Assembly (NCBI GenBank): GCA_965222375.1
Contig: CBDCTZ010000016.1
Span: 2,112,001-2,176,000 of the forward strand
Origin: Polyangiaceae bacterium
Lineage (GTDB): Bacteria; Myxococcota_A; Polyangia; Polyangiales; Polyangiaceae
Direction: 5' to 3'
Length of the DNA: 64,000 bases
Part shown: positions 55,022 to 64,000 of the stretch, piece by piece
Layout of the letters: each line of letters starts with the position of its first letter
How positions within the stretch are numbered: the stretch's first letter is position 1
Made by a program: the position numbers and the translations under genes
Notes under the pieces: generated by a model
Databases searched by the model: none
The model's input: only the letters and a program-made list of their open reading frames with translations
What the model was told of the DNA's origin: nothing

Positions 55022-56152
55022 CTACTTGCACCCGGACGTTTCGCGCAGACGCTGAATCTCGGCGAGTAGATCTTGGTCGAGCACCAAGGGCTCGATCAGT
55101 TTGTCGTTTATACCCAGGCTGCCGATGTTCTTGGTCTGCTCCAGGTAGAGCCAGCCGCGCCCCCAAGTCGTCAACGTGGCATCGCGCCAGCAAGCGTCCC
55201 CGCTGATGCGCTGATAGGCCTGTGGATACTGCTCCCGGGCCATTTTCAAGTAGCGCGTGAGGTACCAGAGGAAGGTGAGAATGCCGTCTTTTTGACTGGT
55301 CTTGCTGCCGCTGCTGAGCTGATCCTCGAAGGCCCAACTCGTTGCCAACGAATTGACGTACTGCACCGCTTCTTCCAGCAGCATGTTGTAGCCCTGGTCG
55401 CCGCCTTCGAAGGTGCCGTTGTTGGGATCGCCGTTCAGGTAGATCTTGCCGTAGGTATCGCAGCCAGATGAGGAAGAGCCGGTGCAAGGTGGGCGCAGCG
55501 CACTGTAGGAGTCCGTGTTGAGCAAGCTTCGAGCGAAGGTATCGCCGCCGCGCGCGACCGTGTCGCCACGCTGGCAAGTGAATTGCACGTCTGAGCGAAT
55601 CACGTACACGTTGTTCGGTGATTTTCCGAGTTCCAGATCGTAGATGTGGCCACACTCGTGCACGACCGTGCCTATGCGCTTGATCGCGGCGCTGACGGAA
55701 CTCGGGTTACCTGCGAACGCATCGACGCAACCTTGGCTGAGCAGCTTGCTGGTGAGCCCTCCGGCCACCAAGTCCTTTCCGATGGGGTAGCGAATGCCCA
55801 GCACGCCCAGGTAGAAGTCATTCAGGCCGCCCGGGTTGAAGGGCACGCCGCTGAAGTCGGCGCTGACGTTTGGCAAGACTTCGGAGTACTTGCCGTCGGT
55901 GCAGTTCGGGTCGACCCAGGGGCTCGTGTTTTGCGTGCCCCCTGCGGAGCCGCCCGCACCCGCAGCGCCGCCAGTTAGGCCAGCGCCGGCGCTTCCCGCG
56001 AACCCCGCTGCGCCGGCCGCGCCGCCAAAGGCACCAAAGGCGCCGAAACCACCACCACCGGCGCTGCCACCCGTCGCGCCGCCGCCCCCACTGTCAGATC
56101 CCGAGCACGCCAGTGAAAGCAGTGCCACGCCGACCGCAACGCCCTTGCTCAT
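55022..56152 (-). CDS. Lipoprotein with HExxH (putative zinc metallopeptidase)
   Basis: Lipobox SLAC, Gly-rich linker, VVHECGH and downstream LLEEA. Confidence 0.7.
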   Translation of the reverse strand: MSKGVAVGVALLSLACSGSDSGGGGATGGSAGGGGFGAFGAFGGAAGAAGFAGSAGAGLTGGAAGAGGSAGGTQNTSPWVDPNCTDGKYSEVLPNVSADFSGVPFNPGGLNDFYLGVLGIRYPIGKDLVAGGLTSKLLSQGCVDAFAGNPSSVSAAIKRIGTVVHECGHIYDLELGKSPNNVYVIRSDVQFTCQRGDTVARGGDTFARSLLNTDSYSALRPPCTGSSSSGCDTYGKIYLNGDPNNGTFEGGDQGYNMLLEEAVQYVNSLATSWAFEDQLSSGSKTSQKDGILTFLWYLTRYLKMAREQYPQAYQRISGDACWRDATLTTWGRGWLYLEQTKNIGSLGINDKLIEPLVLDQDLLAEIQRLRETSGCK

Positions 56153-56228
56153 TCTCTTGTCGTACTGCTTTTTGGGGACCTGAGCAAATCCGAGGGCGCG
56201 CCGATCTTTCCTCACAGTGGTGTGCGGG

Positions 56229-57803
56229 TCACCCTTGGTAGCTTCCGTCCTGTGCGTAGAAGCTGTTGATGTAGTTTTCGATGTTCTTGTACTCGTCCTT
56301 GTTGATGTCTCCGTGGGCGTCCGACGGATCGTTGGGGTCGAGCCCGTTGGCTTTTTCCCAGGCGTCGGGCATGCCGTCGCCGTCGGTGTCGGTCGGCGGC
56401 GTGCCTTTGTTCATCGTTGGGAACCCGCAGTCCGTGGGCCCAGGGTGCCCGCAGAGCTCATTTTCGTCCGTGGGGTAGAAGCCAGTCCCGTTCATGTATT
56501 CCTTGACCATTCGCGCGTCGACGGGATCCCGAGGGAAGGCCCCAGCGTTCGCGAGTACAGACATCTCTACCTGCAGGCCGCTTGCGAAAGGGATCCCGGT
56601 GCCTGCGAAGGCTGGTACCGCGGAGACCTTTCCACGATCCGCAGGCTTGACGATGAGGTCCTCTGCTAGACCATCGTTGGGACGGTTCGGCCCGATGTTC
56701 CCCTTGACGTAGATGACGCTTGGCTCGTCGTCGTCGATGATTTCGATCGTCCGGTCGGCGTTTTGTAGTGCGGGGCCAGGCTTGTACAAGTTGCCGACCT
56801 AATTGGCGTAGGTACCAGCTCTGTTTTGTCCTGCCTTGTCCGCCCAGTTGTACGATAGGTTGTTGATGACCTCTGCCTCTTTGACCGATGAGCTAACCGC
56901 CGGCATTCTCTCGGAACAATTGGTGAGCAGGTTTCGATACACCGTGACTCGTCCGGGGCCTTTCGGTTGCTTGTGCTTGCGTGAGATGAGCAATCCGAAG
57001 TTGTGGGTGAGCAGTCCTTCTCCGATTAGCGAGTTTTGCACGGTCACGTTGGTGACGTCGCCAAGGGTGCCGAAAATGCCCATGACTTCGTCTGTGGACC
57101 AGCTGACGGAGATGTGATCCAGGATGACATTGTTCACGCCGTCGGCTCCAGCGACGATTCCGAAACCATCGACCCCCGCACCGGCGCCCCGGCCGGGTCG
57201 GAATCGCATTCCTCGGACGATGACTTCGTGGTTCTTTACGACGACTCTATTGCCCTTGATTAGAATTCCGTCGCCCGGAGCTGTTTGGCCCGCGAGCGTC
57301 AGATAGGGTTTTTTGATTTCGAGTTTGGGGATGGTCACGCTACCCCCGGTTTCGAAGATCACGATTCGCGGCTCGGGTGCTTCAATGGCGGCTCGAAAAC
57401 TTCCTGGACCGGATGAGTTCGTGTTGGCCACCTTGATGATTCGAGGAAGGTCCTTCGGGTTGCCGGATTGCTCGAACTTGGCATAGGCCCCGCGTGTGTG
57501 TTTGCCGTAGCCGGCCGCACCGGGAAACGCGAAGAGCCCCTGCTTGGGCGGACCTCCGTCTGACTGGCCGCCTGCGCTGCCGCCGGTTCCCGCGCCTGCA
57601 GCTCCCGAGTCTCCGGAGGCGCCCGAGCTTCCTGAGCTTCCTGAGCTGCCTGAGGCTCCCGAGGTCCCTGAAGTTCCTCCGGTGGCGGGGCCGTTGCGGC
57701 TCGTTTCCTCGCTGCCGCACCCTCCGCTCAGCGTTGCCAGAGTGGCTAGGCTAACGACGAGACCCTGCTAGCGGCCGCCGAGAATTCCTGTGGTTGAGGC
57801 CAT
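56229..57803 (-). pseudogene. Pectate-lyase (PL1)-like beta-helix lipoprotein interrupted by two in-frame TAG codons
   Basis: AGGAG RBS and ATG 57803; one continuous frame with TAG at 57768-57770 and 56799-56801; AFPGAAGYG, AGQTAPGDG, DHISVSWSTDE, RMP and DTDGDGMPDAWE motifs. Confidence 0.85.
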
Positions 57804-57842
57804 CGATATTCTCCTGATCTGGCGCCCAGCATGCTGGGGCGC

Positions 57843-59609
57843 TCACAAGTTGACCGAGTGAATCCAAGCTTCTACGAGTGTCCAGCCGCTCCAATCCCAG
57901 CCTCCGATGGATTTGGAAGTGCTGATCACGTAGCCGCGGTTGTCTTGGCCGATTCGGTCTTTGAATCCGTTGGCCGATAGCCAAGCGTTCGGAACGATCT
58001 GATTGGGACCGGTCACGGCGGGTTTGGTACCGCTCGAGTAGTTCTCATTGGCTAAGGGCGCGAAGCTGCTCTCACCATCCCAGCGATCGCTGGTGTTGGC
58101 ATTGTAGTGATCGATCGCGGCCTTATCGACGAGATCAGTACCGCCAACTCGGCACCCAGAGTTTTTGAGGACCTCCGTCACCGCTGCGGAAACGTCGGTC
58201 AGGTGGTTGACCTCGGGAACCCAGCTTGGCTTGTTCGCCCCGCCGACCAGAACCGCATCGACCTTGACCTGATAGCTCGACCCAGTGTCGAGGTGCACGT
58301 CGTAGTTCCCGTTTGCTTTCGGGCCGACGACGTATACGGCGCCCGCATCCGAGCCCGCCTTTGGGAGCTGAGACGCGGAAGCCAGGATTCGATCGTCGCG
58401 GAAGACATGAACGTCATCCACGCTCTGGCTGGGGCGCTGCGCGGAGATGTTGCCCTCGATGTACGCTGTCCAAGTGGCGCCGACGCCTTGCGCGTCCATG
58501 GCGCGCGCCGGGTTCCCACTTCCCTCGTTGAAACTGTTGAACATCCAGGCTGACGAGGTCTGCCCACCTATCTCGCCGCCCTTGCTCTTCCAGTCATAGG
58601 AGATGTTGTTCACGATGGCGACGCGTTGACTCTCTAGTCCGACGCGGGGGTTGCGACCATCGGCCAATCCGAAGAAGTTTTGGAACAGCGTGACGTCGGC
58701 CGCGTACTTCACGAGCATGTTCAGATCGTGGGCGGCACCGGCGTAGGTGACGAAGGAATCTTGGACGGTGATGTTCTTGAAGCCGACGGTAGAGCTGCCT
58801 TCTCGCGAGATGTCAAAGCAACCGTCTTGGCTTCCTGCGACGCTCATGTTCGCGATGATGGCGTCAGTATTGCCCGCCGACGTGCCGATGAATGCCAGGG
58901 CATCCGCGCCGGAAATGCTGGGTTTGAACATCCTCACCCGACCCCCGCGCAAGATCGTGTTGCTCGCTTTGAAGACCCAGGGCGAGTTGGTGACGGCAAA
59001 ACCCTTGCTGTCAGCGGGTGCCGTGTTCATTGCGATCGTCAGATTGTCGGATTTCACGGTCAGCTGACTCGTGAGCACCAGCTTGCCCCCGGTCCGGAAC
59101 ACGATCAGCCGACCGGGCTTGCTCAATGCGTCGGGCAAGCTGCCGGCGCCCGAGGTGTTCGTATTCGTCACTTCGTAGAGCTCCGGCCAGTTCGCGGCCG
59201 TTGGGTTGGCGTACCAAGCCGCGAGTGCCCCTTTGGTTCTTGCGCCAGCCCTGACTGCGCCCGGAAACGCCAGACTCTTCGGAGAGCCGGGAACGCCGCC
59301 ACTGGAGCCTGCTGCCCCGCCGGAGGCCGCATTTCCCCCCGCGCCAGCGACGCCGCCTGTGCCTGCTGCGTTGCCTGACCCGCCGGTGCCCCCGGCGCCA
59401 GAAGAGTTTCCGACCCCCGCCGTTGCGCCGCTGCCCCCGCTGGCGCCGCCGGTCGCAGAAGATGGCCCGTCTCCATCGTCGGAACCGCAGCCTGCGACTG
59501 CCAGAAGAAGGCCAGACAAGGCGCAGAAGATAGCCCGCCTCATTCGGAGCTTCGTTGGCAATGAGGAGACAGCATCGCGGCCCAGCGCTTGGGGGAGGAA
59601 TCGTGTCAT
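57843..59609 (-). CDS. Pectate-lyase (PL1)-like beta-helix lipoprotein (intact)
   Basis: AAGGAGG RBS; lipobox VAGC; AFPGA, VTNTN.SG.GSL, TAP and RNPRV motifs; C-terminal W...E.WI.S. Confidence 0.85.
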   Translation of the reverse strand: MTRFLPQALGRDAVSSLPTKLRMRRAIFCALSGLLLAVAGCGSDDGDGPSSATGGASGGSGATAGVGNSSGAGGTGGSGNAAGTGGVAGAGGNAASGGAAGSSGGVPGSPKSLAFPGAVRAGARTKGALAAWYANPTAANWPELYEVTNTNTSGAGSLPDALSKPGRLIVFRTGGKLVLTSQLTVKSDNLTIAMNTAPADSKGFAVTNSPWVFKASNTILRGGRVRMFKPSISGADALAFIGTSAGNTDAIIANMSVAGSQDGCFDISREGSSTVGFKNITVQDSFVTYAGAAHDLNMLVKYAADVTLFQNFFGLADGRNPRVGLESQRVAIVNNISYDWKSKGGEIGGQTSSAWMFNSFNEGSGNPARAMDAQGVGATWTAYIEGNISAQRPSQSVDDVHVFRDDRILASASQLPKAGSDAGAVYVVGPKANGNYDVHLDTGSSYQVKVDAVLVGGANKPSWVPEVNHLTDVSAAVTEVLKNSGCRVGGTDLVDKAAIDHYNANTSDRWDGESSFAPLANENYSSGTKPAVTGPNQIVPNAWLSANGFKDRIGQDNRGYVISTSKSIGGWDWSGWTLVEAWIHSVNL

Positions 59610-59611
59610 GG

Positions 59612-60505
59612 CTACTGCACCTCCTTGTAGAAGGAATGCAGCCACTCTTCGAGGTTGGTGTAGCCGTCCTTGTCGGTGTCACCGCCCGGGTCCGCGGGGG
59701 GCGTCAGCTTGCGGGTGTTTTCGGCGAGCTTCGGATGCCCACCGACATCCGCTGGGTCGGAAATCAGCTTGCCCGTCTTGGCTTTGAGATCGGCGACCAG
59801 GCGCACGTCCACGGCGTCGCGGTCCTTGGGTCGCGCGCCGGCGTTTGAAGTGACTGTGTCAAGAACGCTTTCGACCGAGAGTATGTTGTAGGGCTTGAGG
59901 TCAACTGGAGATTGGGCCGCAAGAGGGAGCGGGGTCTTGCCGAAGTTGTTCACCACATTGGATTGGTCGGCCATGAACTTGTCGTCGACCTTGTTGCCCG
60001 ACACGAATAGCTCAGCAGGTTTTAAGGTGGCTTGCCATTCTACAGGTGGCCTGCTGAGGTTGACCTTGCTGGGCCCGTTGAACCAATGGTTGTTGACGAG
60101 GCTAACATGCGTGCCCGGGTGTCCCGACTTGCCGTCGTCGAACTGCGACGCAGAGTAAGCGTAGTTGTACATCAGGTTGTTGAAGACAACGAACTTGCCT
60201 GCGCCTGCAAGCCGAGGATTGCGCCCTCCGTTGTGCGCGTAGTAGTTCCGCGCGATGACGACTCCATCGTAGGATGACGGAGCCGCACTTGGACCTTCAC
60301 CAAAGAGGTTGCTGAGGGAATGAGGGATCAGTGTTTCTGAAATAATCGTGTTGCTGATCGTGACGTCGTGGATCTTGCCGGCGTTGCGCCAGGCATCCCA
60401 AGATCCATCCCTGCCCCAGCTCATGCTGCAGTGATCTGTTGTGATGTTGTAGACGTCCGTGCTTCCGGCTCGTAGCGCGAAGGCGTCGGAATTACTGCCC
60501 GCAGC
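59612..60505 (-). pseudogene. 5'-truncated pectate-lyase (PL1)-like gene
   Basis: DHCSMSWGRD, RNPRL, AGARP..RD.VD and DGYTNLEEWL motifs are present; the signal, AFPGA and GQTAP regions are absent. Confidence 0.75.
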
Positions 60506-62266
60506 GAGGGCCACGGTCGCTTCACGCAAGGCGCGTATGCACGCACTGACAGTCCAGAGATCTACCTCGTCACCAACACCAAGACGAGCGGGTCAGGCAG
60601 TATCTTTGACGCTGTCTCGAAACCCGACCGTGTGATCATGGTCGTGACGTCCGGTTGGGTCTGCCTCAACGGAGGTAGCTTGGTCGACGCTCAGGGCTAC
60701 CACACGTTTTCTTTCCTCAGCAGTCCTGGTGGATTTGGCTTTGCAGGCGGTGATGTCCTGTTTCGCGGTTCCGAAACCGTGGTCTACGGCGGGTTCTATC
60801 GCTATGGCGGTGCCAAGTTTCGGGATTCGGTTGGGGCTCGGCCCTACCAGAGCGACATGAACAACCTCTACTTCGAGTGCATGACCATCGCCGATGGCGT
60901 TGACGAGAATTTCTCTGTCACGGGCACGGGGGACACGGATGTGTCTCTACCCAACGATCCGAAGCTATTGAGCATCAACAACGTCACCCTCAAGAACATC
61001 CTCATCGGCCCCGGCAACGACTCGAAGTCCCACGCCTTCGGAGGGCTGCTTGGCACGTACAAAGCATCTGGCATCAGCTTGAGCAAGAGTCTGTACATGG
61101 GCAATCGGCAGCGATACCCGGAGGCGCGAAACGCCGACCGGTACGAGCAGGTCAACTTCTTGGGATATCGCGCGACGGGCAGAGGCATCACGTTGTCTGC
61201 AACGCTGGACGCATTGCTACAGAACGGCCACATGAAGGTGGGTAGCGGGCAGGGCGGCAGCGCAAGGCAATACATGATCACAGGCGGGGCCGGTGGCAAC
61301 AACATCTGGTCCAGAACGGAGACCAAGGCAATTCAAGGCAGCGGAACCGTCAAGTTTGGTGCGCCAGCTGGCTTGCAGCTACCGATTGGCGTCAACTACC
61401 TGATGACCAAGATAGTTGGGGACAAAGACAACTACATGGTTGGCCATCCGGTGGCCTATTCTGGCAGTTCGGTGACCTTCGAGATCCACTTTCAAGTCGG
61501 CGCTGGCACCTTCAACAAGTGGGACTTCGTTCCCTGGCGCAGGTACGAGTCCTCGAGTTCCGACTCGCTCACGATCAAGGGCACCGGCACGCTGGGTCTG
61601 ACCATCGACAAGTCGTTGCGCTGGAAGCCCGGTCGCTATGCGAAGGTGTACACCTCGGAAAAGAACTGGATGGCCGGGGCGGTCATCTCCTACGACGAGT
61701 CTACGGGTGCCCTGAGCATCGAATTGAAGGAATCCGGTGGCTCCGGCACGTTTGCGAACTGGACGGTCACGCACAATCATTTGTGGCTATCCGGGAATTT
61801 GCACAGCGACGGCCGGCCGACCCTCGGGGCTGCGGGTGAATACGTGGTGTTCGAGAAGAACACGGCAACGGACGAGTTCCGCCATCGCCGCATGGTCAAA
61901 CCCTCGTGGGCCAGCCCGGTCAAGTTGATCGACGCAGCGGACTTGGAAACGGAGCTACCCAAAACGGTCGGCGACTACTTGCACCGACAGTCGGAACCCG
62001 TGCGTGGCGCCGAAGTGCAATGGTTCGATGCACTGGCGAAGGGGACTGCCATATCGCGACCGTCTGACCTGCTTACCCCCGCTAAGCTCCCGCCCATCAC
62101 CGACAAGGCTTACGGCGGACACGACTTCGGCGTGCCGCATAGCTTTTCCAAGGGGCGCGGCTGGAAGACCGGACAGGCCGAGGGCTACTACGCGGATCGA
62201 GCGCAAGGCGAGGGCGGCTACTCGAAGGTAGAACTGTACCAGCACAGCCTATTGCCAAAGAACTGA
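60503..62266 (+). pseudogene. 5'-truncated pectate-lyase-like gene with an inserted tandem module
   Basis: The frame reads EGHGRFTQGAY...IYLVTNTKTSGSGS from 60506 with no signal peptide or AFPGA; DENFS and RYP motifs; C-terminal GY...E.Y..SL. Confidence 0.7.
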
Positions 62267-62350
62267 TGCCCGAGCCTGCCGAGAAAACCTCGAGTCGTTG
62301 CCCGTGGAACAAGAGCGGCCAGCCCGACGCTGCGCCCCCGGTGAGTGTGG

Positions 62351-63313
62351 CTATTGTCCCGACTCGAGACAAGAGAAGTAGCAGCTGCCCCAGTTGGCCG
62401 TGTTGTTGGTGCCGTTGTCGAGTGTTCCCGGGAACGACAAGAGGGTTGCGCGCGTCCCGCCAGCATCCGGATCGCCGTCCGTGTCGTTGATGCCGAACAC
62501 GCAGCGAAACTGCGGAGTCGTAAGTGCTTGGGCAGATAGAGTGCTGCTCCACTCCAAGTTGTAAGAGTCGTCCGGGGAGCTGTCGTTTAGGGTCCCTGTC
62601 GTTTTTGTCTTTGCCACGACGTTCGCGTCGTAGGCCACGTTCGAGCTGGGATAGTTCACGTCCCGGACGGTGCCCAGGAGACTGATGAAGATCTTCACCG
62701 CCCCAGCTTTCAGTGCCGCTTCCGTGCCGGGCTTCAGGAAGTACTCGATGGAGTCCTCGGTAAAAACCTTGCTGTCGTGGGCCGTCAGCGTGCCCTGCAG
62801 GTCCTTGTCCTTGACCGGACAACAACCGAAGAACCGAGGAGAGCCACTCGGGTCCCACAAGAACTTGCAGTTCGCGCTGTTGTCCGAGTCCGAAGGCCCG
62901 TCGAACTTCATCACTGGTGCGCTCTGCCAGGCACTCTCATTGCAGACTCCGTCGATTGTTAGGGTAGCGCCGCCGGGCATGCGCCGGATTTCGTAGTCCA
63001 CCGTCACCGGAGCGCCGCAGTCCGGCGGCGCTCCGCCCGAGCCTTGCCCACCGCCTCCGCCCGCTCCGCTCGATCCGCCCGAGCCGCTAGCTCCGCCGGA
63101 TCCACTCGCCGCACCCGCTCCGCCGCTGCCCGCGGCGCCTGCTCCGCCACTGCTGCTAGAGGCGTCGCGCTCGCCCACGATGCCCTCTGGATCCGGCGCC
63201 AACAGGCTGCACGCTTGGGCGCCCGCGGCGACGCCCGCCGTGAGCGCTCCGGACAGAATCGCGACCCTGGTTGCGTTTCTCCAGCGGGAGTTCGGCAGAG
63301 TGGTTCTCGACAC
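62351..63313 (-). CDS. Lipoprotein with CBM9/DOMON-like sugar-binding domain
   Basis: Lipobox AQAC and Gly/Ser linker; IDG...E..W, DSIEYF and YNLEW motifs. Start uncertain. Confidence 0.65.
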   Translation of the reverse strand: MSRTTLPNSRWRNATRVAILSGALTAGVAAGAQACSLLAPDPEGIVGERDASSSSGGAGAAGSGGAGAASGSGGASGSGGSSGAGGGGGQGSGGAPPDCGAPVTVDYEIRRMPGGATLTIDGVCNESAWQSAPVMKFDGPSDSDNSANCKFLWDPSGSPRFFGCCPVKDKDLQGTLTAHDSKVFTEDSIEYFLKPGTEAALKAGAVKIFISLLGTVRDVNYPSSNVAYDANVVAKTKTTGTLNDSSPDDSYNLEWSSTLSAQALTTPQFRCVFGINDTDGDPDAGGTRATLLSFPGTLDNGTNNTANWGSCYFSCLESGQ

Positions 63314-63755
63314 TAGAGTGCACCGCCTGGCTGAGCCTGCGAACCGTCGCGTTCGACTATGACAGTATGGAGTTTCATGGCAAGTCGGGACACTCCGGTC
63401 AGGAAGTATGGTGGATTCGAGCGCGCCGACACGTGTTTCGGTCCGCCCACGGCAACTATTCGCGACCGCGCCGGGCAGCCGCCTGGCACGGCCCCGAGCG
63501 GGAGTAGTGGCCCTGCGCGAGCTAGGGATGCGACCCCAAAACCAAAGGCTAGTAGCGCAGGCCGACACTTTGGGGACCTTGTTCTCGTAGACGAGGTGCA
63601 ACTCCATCGCTTGCGGAAGTAGTTTGCCGCGGCGTTCAGCCTGAGGCCGCTCGGCCCGACGCTTGCCGGCCCTAGAAGTAATCGGATGTAAGGGGCCCTA
63701 GGTCAGGGAAGCGCTACGTTGTTCGAAGCAAACACGGCGCATCGACCCCCACCCA

Positions 63756-64000
63756 GTGAGTTCCTTGAGCCATCACCGATTCGTTCTTTGGCGATGCGCC
63801 GTCTCGGTGGCGCTAACGTTTGGTGGCGGTCATGGCACTTGGCTGCAGCTATATCTCACCAACTTGCCGTGGGGTGCCTGGCTAGGGGTTGCTACGACGA
63901 CAGGCGCGTTGCTCCTCGCGCTGCGGGAACGCTCGCCCGCTCGAGGAGCCTTGCTCGCGGCAGTCGGAGGCCCGGTCACGGCGTTCGCGCTGACCACGGG
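63756..64000 (+). CDS. 5' part of a membrane protein running off the window (possibly Lnt-like)
   Basis: Open hydrophobic frame from GTG 63756 (PWGAWLG...LLLALR..SP.RGALL). Confidence 0.35.
   Translation, partial: MSSLSHHRFVLWRCAVSVALTFGGGHGTWLQLYLTNLPWGAWLGVATTTGALLLALRERSPARGALLAAVGGPVTAFALTT

Noticed and set aside
56229..57803. Genome-wide TAG reassignment
   Set aside because: pheT and several other intact genes end at TAG at the expected C-terminus, so TAG works as a stop here.

Overview
High-GC bacterial DNA. The gene style (many Gly/Cys-rich lipoproteins, a Hanks-type kinase, PDZ and TPR proteins) suggests a myxobacterium, probably Polyangia-like; this is an inference. Housekeeping content is limited to pheT, an MscS channel, a Na+/H+ antiporter-like protein and a GldA/F/G-like ABC operon with a DUF4340-type gene. 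Four accessory loci stand out. (1) A ~1480-aa protein fusing three radical-SAM domains and a Gfo/Idh/MocA domain sits head-to-head, 20 bp away, with a gene carrying a DUF483-like domain. A palindromic bidirectional -10 element lies between them. (2) A putative surface-glycan modification locus has two paralogous ~930-aa GT-C-like membrane proteins, a Wzx-type flippase, a nicotianamine-synthase-like enzyme, a PP-loop ATPase, a methyltransferase-like gene and a membrane-fused spermidine-synthase-like gene. (3) An inositol-phospholipid/sphingolipid-type cluster has a CDP-alcohol phosphotransferase, an Aur1-like enzyme, a GtrA protein and an MMPL transporter. (4) An array of four pectate-lyase-like genes plus a CBM9-like lipoprotein: one gene carries two in-frame TAGs and two are 5'-truncated and joined back-to-back. 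Several gene remnants, tandem and inverted repeats and a recurring leaderless-promoter signature are also present. No rRNA, tRNA, CRISPR array or transposase was recognised. All family assignments come from reading motifs by eye, not from database searches.
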